DNA of 64,000 nucleotides, taken from positions 2,984 to 66,983 of the forward strand of contig JBCCIM010000008.1 of assembly GCA_039111535.1 (NCBI GenBank), in the 5' to 3' direction. Position 1 is the stretch's first letter. Each line of letters begins with the position of its first letter. This DNA is from Bacteroidota bacterium (GTDB lineage: Bacteria > Bacteroidota > Rhodothermia > Rhodothermales > JAHQVL01). Below are positions 58,169 to 64,000 of this stretch, in pieces. A program made the translations under genes and the position numbers. Below the pieces are notes generated by a model. It searched no databases. It saw only the letters and a program-made list of their open reading frames with translations, and was not told where the DNA came from.

Positions 58169-58664
58169 AAGAACCGCCTACAACTGGTCATTTGATAATC
58201 GATACGCTTGGTTACATATATCGACTTATCTTGCTGAAGCTTGAGACAGTATTTTCAGGTTGATGAATTCCGAATCCGACTGGCATTAATATGGTCAATT
58301 AGCAACTCCAACAACCTGTTTTGACGGGAGAGGGCTGTCTTAATATCTACCAACTTATTTAAACACTGACGGGCGACGATTTTCTGATGATAGGTGTGAG
58401 CAGAGATTTGCGCATCATCTTTTGCGGACGTTGTTGACCGCTTATGTGGAAATTCCTCATGTTCGATCATACTGCGCCCTGTTTAATAACCGCCGCACCC
58501 AAAGGGCGTCGGGAATCTCTTCATACCGACCCGTACAAGATCCGTAAAATCTAATCTATGATATAAGGTTATACCATGATATGCAGCATCTGCAAAGATG
58601 CCTGCCAACCTAACAGGGTACTAAAAAATGGAATGCAATACCCGTATCTGTCGTTTACGATAGC

Positions 58665-59072
58665 TTATTCTTCAGGGTTGTCAGGTGGATTCGCTTCCCT
58701 GTAGAACATTTCCTGCTCAAAAAATCTGATTAAAAAGTGCTGCACAAAGGCAGATTTTTTATTCAACCGGTAATAAACCGTCTGCGCGTCGCGCCGGTGG
58801 TCTACGAGGGCTTGCTTTTTGAGTTTTTTCAACTGCTGAGAAATAGCAGGTGATGTAAGTCTAAGAATGGAGGCCAGATCGTTTACGCGAACTTCCTCTT
58901 TACGCCACAGCAAATAAAGAATCGCCATCCGGGTAGGATTCCCAGCCGCGTTCATCATCCCTGTGAGGGTGCTTAATTGTGTGTTGCCTTCCAGCGTGCG
59001 CCGCAGTGCCTCCATCTGCCATGTTTCCATGCCCGAGCCACTGGCGTGCGTGCCATTTTTGTACTCTACCAT
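58665..59072 (-). CDS. ArsR/SmtB-family transcriptional regulator (cysteine-free)
   Basis: GNPTRMAILYLL, V.DLASIL..T.PAISQQLKKL, RRDAQTVYYRL. Confidence 0.88.
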   Translation of the reverse strand: MVEYKNGTHASGSGMETWQMEALRRTLEGNTQLSTLTGMMNAAGNPTRMAILYLLWRKEEVRVNDLASILRLTSPAISQQLKKLKKQALVDHRRDAQTVYYRLNKKSAFVQHFLIRFFEQEMFYREANPPDNPEE

Positions 59073-59323
59073 AGGTATCCACTCATCGTTTAGAGGTTAT
59101 GGCTCATCTATCGGCAAATTTGTCCGTTATTAAAGCCAACGATGAGAAATCCCGGATCACCCTGGTTTCTCTGTTGCTCGTTTGTCGCCAAACAGGCTGT
59201 TTTTATACCGTTTTAGGCATTCTTAAGCATTGCATAACCCACCTGTGTAGTTAAAAAAAATCCTGTCAATGCTTGCATAATCGATAAAGTAAGCAGCGCT
59301 TCGGCAAGTTTTTCCATGCATTT

Positions 59324-59809
59324 TCACGCTGCGTTGCCGGCCTTTTTAAGCTGCCTGATCCGCCTGTCGAGGCTTTCCCGCTCCACATCTTCCAGGAGAA
59401 CCCCTGCCAACAACGTATTGATGGCCTCAGGGTGTTCTGCTGCCCGCCCTTGTTGCAAATTAACATACCTGAACGTCGTCCACTGTACGGCCTTGATTTT
59501 ATTGGCGTCCTTGTCAAACATCACACCCTCTACCACCAGACTACGATTGGAAAAGTGGAGCAAACCCGTTTGGATGCTCACCGTCTCACCAAGCGCCGCC
59601 GGCCGCAAGTAAGCAATTTCATGCCGGCCAACAAACCAGTTTTCGTTCGATAGCCGGGCGTGCTCGTATAAATCAAATGCGTAGTAGTCCCGCAAGTGGT
59701 CCTCGCGGGCATTGATGAAGTAGGTGATAAAGCTCGCGTTGTTCAGGTGGCCAAATGCGTCACAATCCTGAAAACGCACAACTGTTTTACTCATTGGGTG
59801 TTTTTCCAT
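59324..59809 (-). CDS. acyl-CoA thioesterase (4HBT/YbgC hotdog family)
   Basis: VRFQDCDAFGHLNNASFITYF..ARE, HEIAYLRPA; ATG at 59809. Confidence 0.9.
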   Translation of the reverse strand: MEKHPMSKTVVRFQDCDAFGHLNNASFITYFINAREDHLRDYYAFDLYEHARLSNENWFVGRHEIAYLRPAALGETVSIQTGLLHFSNRSLVVEGVMFDKDANKIKAVQWTTFRYVNLQQGRAAEHPEAINTLLAGVLLEDVERESLDRRIRQLKKAGNAA

Positions 59810-59819
59810 AATCAATTTA

Positions 59820-59833
59820 AGACCAATCGGTCT
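59820..59833. promoter_or_regulatory. TetR-type operator, copy upstream of thioesterase
   Basis: AGACC-AATC-GGTCT, identical to the copy at 60457-60470. Confidence 0.7.
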
Positions 59834-59854
59834 TTTTTTGTGGCAAAAAATTTT

Positions 59855-60448
59855 TTATCCAAGTACATTCCGGTCGACATAAGCAGCGAGGTGTGTCACA
59901 GCCCGCTGCATGTATACAGGGTCGTCATACAGTTTGCTCATGGTTAACGCGCCCTCCAGTGAAGCAAGCATGACAGCGGCAACCTGGTCTGGGTCCAGGT
60001 CCTGCTGTAGTTCGCTACGCGCTACCCCTTTTTCTACTGTGCTTCGGATGTACTGCTGCAATTCTTCCATGCCGGCCCGCGCGCGCTGCTGCAAGGCCGG
60101 AAACGTGTAAAGGCTATCTACGGCGGCGTTGTTTACCGGGCATCCCCCATCAACAGGCGGATCGGTTACATAGCGCGCCATGATCGCCAGAATAGCGTGC
60201 AACCGGGCGCCGGCTGTCTTCTTCCCTGTCAGTCCTTCTTTGAAACGCTCCCGAACTTTGCCCACCGCGTAATCAAATACGTCGAGCGCCAGTTGCTCCT
60301 TGCTAGCAAAGTGGTTGTAGATCCCGCCCTTTTTCAGGCCGGTTGCCTCCATAATCTGAGACAACGACACGCCGGCATACCCCTGCCTGTTAAACAAGCC
60401 AACAGTATGGGCCAAAATCTCTTGTCGTGTTTCTTCGCCTTTGGACAT
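59855..60448 (-). CDS. TetR/AcrR-family transcriptional regulator
   Basis: MSKGEETRQEIL..., LSQIMEATGLKKGGIYNHFASKEQL, GGCPVNN; ATG at 60448. Confidence 0.93.
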   Translation of the reverse strand: MSKGEETRQEILAHTVGLFNRQGYAGVSLSQIMEATGLKKGGIYNHFASKEQLALDVFDYAVGKVRERFKEGLTGKKTAGARLHAILAIMARYVTDPPVDGGCPVNNAAVDSLYTFPALQQRARAGMEELQQYIRSTVEKGVARSELQQDLDPDQVAAVMLASLEGALTMSKLYDDPVYMQRAVTHLAAYVDRNVLG

Positions 60449-60456
60449 CAGAAAAA

Positions 60457-60470
60457 AGACCAATCGGTCT
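60457..60470. promoter_or_regulatory. TetR-type operator, autoregulatory copy
   Basis: AGACC-AATC-GGTCT, 8 nt upstream of the tetR ATG. Confidence 0.7.
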
Positions 60471-60520
60471 GGTTTATTGTCATTCAAAACGATGCAACAC
60501 AGCTTGAAGTTTCGCCCAAC

Positions 60521-60554
60521 AAAAAAAGGAAGCCGTTTTACACAGCTCCCTTTT
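60521..60554 (-). terminator. intrinsic terminator after ccmF
   Basis: Minus-strand AAAAGGGAGC-loop-GCUUCCUUUUUUU. Confidence 0.7.
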
Positions 60555-60582
60555 CAAGATTCGTTTAGCCTTTCCCGCCCAA

Positions 60583-63027
60583 TCAGCCGCGGGCGCGTTG
60601 CAAGGCAAAGCGTTGATCCTGGATGCGGCGGGTCATCGAAATGAAGAAGCCAATCGAAAACAGAATGATGCCAATCCAAACCAGATTGATAAATGGTTTT
60701 TCGTAGGCCTGCACAACAACCCAGTCTTCTGAGCCAACTTTGGCCCCTTCTACGATGAAGTTGGCGCTGCCGCTGTTAACGTTCATGCCGGAGAAGGTAA
60801 CGGTAATGCCCCAATCCCCTACCCGATTCTGAATAAACTGTTGGCGGCCGTCTTCGAGTACCAGGTAAATAGGGCTCAGTTCGCGCACTTCGCCGGTTGC
60901 CTTGCTTGTCAGACTCAGGCGTGCAGCCACAGCGATGGCAACAGAATCTGGCACCAATTCAGAATCAACATCGACATTGAAATCCTGAAACGCGAGCACG
61001 TATTCGTCGTTGCCGAGTACCGTTGTCTCGTTTTTGGTAAGTGCTATCGACGTTGCTTCACCATCGGAAGGCGTGTTTGACTCGAGCATTACACTTGGTG
61101 TTACAGCAACAAATACATCGTGCTCGAAATACATTTGCACATCTGGATTCTGAATCCACTGCTCTTTGTTGCTCTGGTAAACCACGGGCTTCATGGTAAA
61201 CTCCCGGCCCCGCGTATCTACAAAATCGAGGATGTATTGCGGCCGGCCTTCTGTGTTGTAATCTTTACCGCGGTATGTCACCTGGTACCCTTCGACGTTG
61301 CGCGTTTCGCCTAGTGACACCACAAAGTTTTCGCGGTCGGTGCCAGCAAGTTCGCTGCCGGCAATCGGATTGTTGAATCCGCTCGAAGCGATGACCCCCA
61401 GCATCATAATCATAAAGCCGATGTGGGTAACGGCGCCGCCGGCAAGGCGCGCGTTGCCGCGCCCGATGCGCCACAACACCATGCTGTTACCGTATAGCGC
61501 AAAGAAGGTCACCAGCAGCAAAAGCAGCAGAAGAATGCTGTCGCCGTACTCACCCCAGAATCCGGTTATGCCGCCAAATACATTGGCACCCTGTGCCGTA
61601 ACACCTTCTGCAGCAGCGCGCACCGGGGTGGCAGTTTTTTCGATAAACGGGGTAAAAATCAATACCGCAATAGTACTGGCAAAGGACAGGACGATAGGCT
61701 TGAGCAACACCTTGTTCACATTCTCAACAGACATCTTGTGCCACCAGAACAACTGCCCAAGGCCGGCAAGGAAGATGAATGCAATAGAGAGCGGCAACGA
61801 CCACACGTTATAAAACTCAATAGGTACAGCTGAGGGATTATCGCGGAAGAGCCGGCCCAAAATGGGCGCGCTTGTCCCGAGTAAAATAACCAGTGCAATC
61901 CCGCTAAGCAGCAAGGCGCCCGAGAAAATCATAAACTCACGAGAGAGCATCTCAGGCTCTTTGCGGGGCGTGGGTAGGTTGTTGTAGCGGAGGCCAAATA
62001 AGCCAAAGCCAACAATAGCCATGGTCAAAATCCAAAGCAGTAGCTGGTTGTAGAGGCCCAGATCAACAAAGGAGTGCACAGACACATCTCCCAGAATACC
62101 ACTGCGCGTCAGGAAGGTTGAATACACCACCAGAATGTAAGCAGAGACACAGAGAAACAGCGCCGACTTGTGCGAGGCACCGCTTTTCTTCTGCACAATC
62201 ATCATGTGAATGGCTGCAACCCCGATGATCCACGGGACCAGCGACGAGTTCTCAACCGGATCCCATGCCCAGTAACCACCAAAAGAAAGCGTTTCATAGG
62301 CCCAGTAACCGCCCATTGCAATGCCGATGCCCAGCATCGCAACAGCAAAGATGGTCCAGGGCAGCGCCGGCCGGACCCATTCGGTGTACTTTTTGGTCCA
62401 GAGCGCCGAAATGGCAAAAGCAAATGGGGCAACCATAGAAGTAAAGCCCACAAACAGCATGGGCGGGTGGATTGCCATCCAGTAGTTTTGCAACAGATCG
62501 TTCAGGCCACTGCCGTCAGCAGGTATGTAGCCGACGGGCGTATTGGGGAATTTATCCCAGATGGTAAGGAAGGGCGTGGAGCCAATTTTGAGCTCACCAA
62601 ACTTTAATCCGACAATCATCGACACCAGAAAAACCTGGCAAAAAGAGACCACGGTCATTACAGGCTTCTCATAGGAGCCGGCCCAGCGGATGAGGGCCAC
62701 CCCCATAAAGCTCATCAACAAAATCCACAAGAGGAAAGACCCTTCCTGGCCGGCCCAAAAGGCAGACAACAGGAAATGCACAGGTAAATCATTGGAAGAT
62801 TCTTTCCAGACGTATGCGTATTGATATTGGTGCGTAAAAAAGAAATAAGACAAGATGACGCTGGCAACTGAAATACAGACCGTCATGGTAAACCATGAGC
62901 CACGTCCAATACGCCCCCAGGCTTCTGCCTGTACCGGATTTTTTACAGCAAGAAAATAGGCTACACCGGCCATGAAGCAGGATACAAAACCGGTAATGAT
63001 GAGCAGTTGACCTACAATTCCTAACAT
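60583..63027 (-). CDS. ccmF: cytochrome c heme lyase subunit CcmF (large Bacteroidota type)
   Basis: FWAGQEGSFLLW, GLNDLLQNYWMAIHPP, WWD-type FGGYWAWDPVEN, FLTRSGIL..SVHSF, KPFINLVW. Confidence 0.93.
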   Translation of the reverse strand: MLGIVGQLLIITGFVSCFMAGVAYFLAVKNPVQAEAWGRIGRGSWFTMTVCISVASVILSYFFFTHQYQYAYVWKESSNDLPVHFLLSAFWAGQEGSFLLWILLMSFMGVALIRWAGSYEKPVMTVVSFCQVFLVSMIVGLKFGELKIGSTPFLTIWDKFPNTPVGYIPADGSGLNDLLQNYWMAIHPPMLFVGFTSMVAPFAFAISALWTKKYTEWVRPALPWTIFAVAMLGIGIAMGGYWAYETLSFGGYWAWDPVENSSLVPWIIGVAAIHMMIVQKKSGASHKSALFLCVSAYILVVYSTFLTRSGILGDVSVHSFVDLGLYNQLLLWILTMAIVGFGLFGLRYNNLPTPRKEPEMLSREFMIFSGALLLSGIALVILLGTSAPILGRLFRDNPSAVPIEFYNVWSLPLSIAFIFLAGLGQLFWWHKMSVENVNKVLLKPIVLSFASTIAVLIFTPFIEKTATPVRAAAEGVTAQGANVFGGITGFWGEYGDSILLLLLLLVTFFALYGNSMVLWRIGRGNARLAGGAVTHIGFMIMMLGVIASSGFNNPIAGSELAGTDRENFVVSLGETRNVEGYQVTYRGKDYNTEGRPQYILDFVDTRGREFTMKPVVYQSNKEQWIQNPDVQMYFEHDVFVAVTPSVMLESNTPSDGEATSIALTKNETTVLGNDEYVLAFQDFNVDVDSELVPDSVAIAVAARLSLTSKATGEVRELSPIYLVLEDGRQQFIQNRVGDWGITVTFSGMNVNSGSANFIVEGAKVGSEDWVVVQAYEKPFINLVWIGIILFSIGFFISMTRRIQDQRFALQRARG

Positions 63028-63372
63028 GGATCTATAAAAAGATTACTGAGCGCTTGCTGGTTGAAGTACTACAGGGGGGTTGGGTTCCATTTTCACATCC
63101 GAATCCGAACGCGTTTCACATCCTCAAAAAACGCCATAAAAGCGGGTTTCGGCGTCCACTATAAGAAGGTCATTTCTTTTAATGCCGATGCCAGAGAATA
63201 AAACCGGCCGCCGGCTCAATTTCCTGAAATTTCGACATTGTAGTGCTCCCGCGCTAAACGCAGCGTTGTTGTACTTACTAGAGGGTAATAACCTATGCCC
63301 TATGTAACTTAAGGACTGCTTTTTCGACATACATAAAACTATACGGGCCTCTGTGCCCGGTCCTATCTATTA

Positions 63373-63414
63373 CAGGGCGGAGGCAACTTAGCAGTGGGGA
63401 ACTCCTCCGCCCTG
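63373..63414. other. GC-rich stem-loop in the ccmF/TauE divergent intergenic region
   Basis: Perfect 11-bp stem CAGGGCGGAGG / CCTCCGCCCTG with a 20-nt loop. Confidence 0.55.
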
Positions 63415-63509
63415 CACTTCTTCTGCGCCGTGCGTTTACGGTGCTACTGTAACTATTGGCCGGCGACACTTACTGAGTGAAAAGCCTGCCCACCGAATTG
63501 TAGCCAGTT

Positions 63510-64000
63510 ATGGACGCCCTCGAAGCCATTCACGGACTTGAATGGTTGTATCTGTTTATCATCCTTGTGGGCGCTGCGTTTGTACATGGGGGTATCGGCA
63601 TGGGCTTCCCGCTCGTTTTCACGGCCCTGGGTGCACTTGTGCTCGACGTCAAAACGGCCGTCTTTATCAGTCTGGTCCCAGCGATTCTCATCAACGTGCA
63701 ATGCCTGATGCATGGCCTGGAATGGCGTGCGTTGTTGTCCCGGTTTTCTCTGCTTGCAGCGTGCGCAGGTCTCGGTAGTATAGCCGGCACCAAAATTCTA
63801 TTGCTCGCCCCACCCGGCCCCATCAAGCTTGTACTGGTTGCGTCGATTGTTGTGTACCTCGTGCTCGACCGGCTGGGCACCGGCTCTTTCGGATGGATTC
63901 GGTCTCATCCAATGGCATCAGCTGTATTGCTTGGGCTGGTCGCCGGCGTTATCGGTGGAATCACAAATGCCATGGGGCCGGTCCTGGTGGTTTATTTCCT
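63510..64000 (+). CDS. TauE/SafE (sulfite exporter-like) membrane protein, 3' truncated; absent from the supplied ORF track
   Basis: My translation from ATG 63510 is open to the window end: MDALEAIHGLEWLYLFIILVGAAFVHGGIGMGFPLV...GLVAGVIGGITNAMGPVLVVYF, matching the TauE G..G.G / G..GG...GP pattern. Confidence 0.85.
   Translation, partial: MDALEAIHGLEWLYLFIILVGAAFVHGGIGMGFPLVFTALGALVLDVKTAVFISLVPAILINVQCLMHGLEWRALLSRFSLLAACAGLGSIAGTKILLLAPPGPIKLVLVASIVVYLVLDRLGTGSFGWIRSHPMASAVLLGLVAGVIGGITNAMGPVLVVYF

Noticed and set aside
58255-58470. 71-aa minus-strand ORF as a real gene
   Set aside because: No SD, motif or family signal; possible but unsupported.
63043-63330. ccmE remnant or selenoprotein read-through upstream of ccmF
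   Set aside because: HRLLPSSKYNN loosely echoes CcmE CPSKY and an in-frame TGA is followed by 26 more codons, but there is no TM anchor, OB-fold similarity or SECIS-like hairpin; likely chance.
63373-63509. cobalamin riboswitch
   Set aside because: GCTACTGTAA and AAGCCTGCC resemble B12-element pieces, but the order, the AGGGAA-GGTG-AATCC core and the GCCACTG/GGGAAG pairing are absent.

Overview
A 64-kb stretch of bacterial chromosome. Gene content (SusC/SusD pair, Bacteroidota-type ccmF and GlmU-like protein, GWxTD protein, GC roughly 50-55% by eye) suggests Rhodothermales / Bacteroidota sensu lato; this is inference. I saw no rRNA, tRNA, CRISPR array, transposase or integrase. About 55 CDS are supportable. 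The most striking locus is 4.9-11.2 kb. There a Rab-like small GTPase (Rup type), a cytoplasmic histidine kinase and a sigma-54 response regulator are transcribed divergently from a coiled-coil protein and a trans-envelope OmpA-domain protein. The cytoplasmic part of the OmpA protein looks like a longin domain, and it shares an N-terminal motif with the coiled-coil protein. Other notable loci: a complete tetrahydrobiopterin-type cluster (PTPS-II, folE, Chlorobium-like sepiapterin reductase); an arsenosugar cassette (AhpD-like, arsS, AS3MT-like arsM) next to a thioredoxin; a troABCD metal transporter with a His-to-Pro ligand change and winged-helix tails on both permeases; a stand-alone bamA; a duplicated TetR operator; a ~64-bp hairpin tandem repeat; and a heptamer microsatellite. 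The palindrome GCCGGC appears strongly over-represented across the window (HIP-like). All family calls come from motif recognition by eye; no database searches were run.
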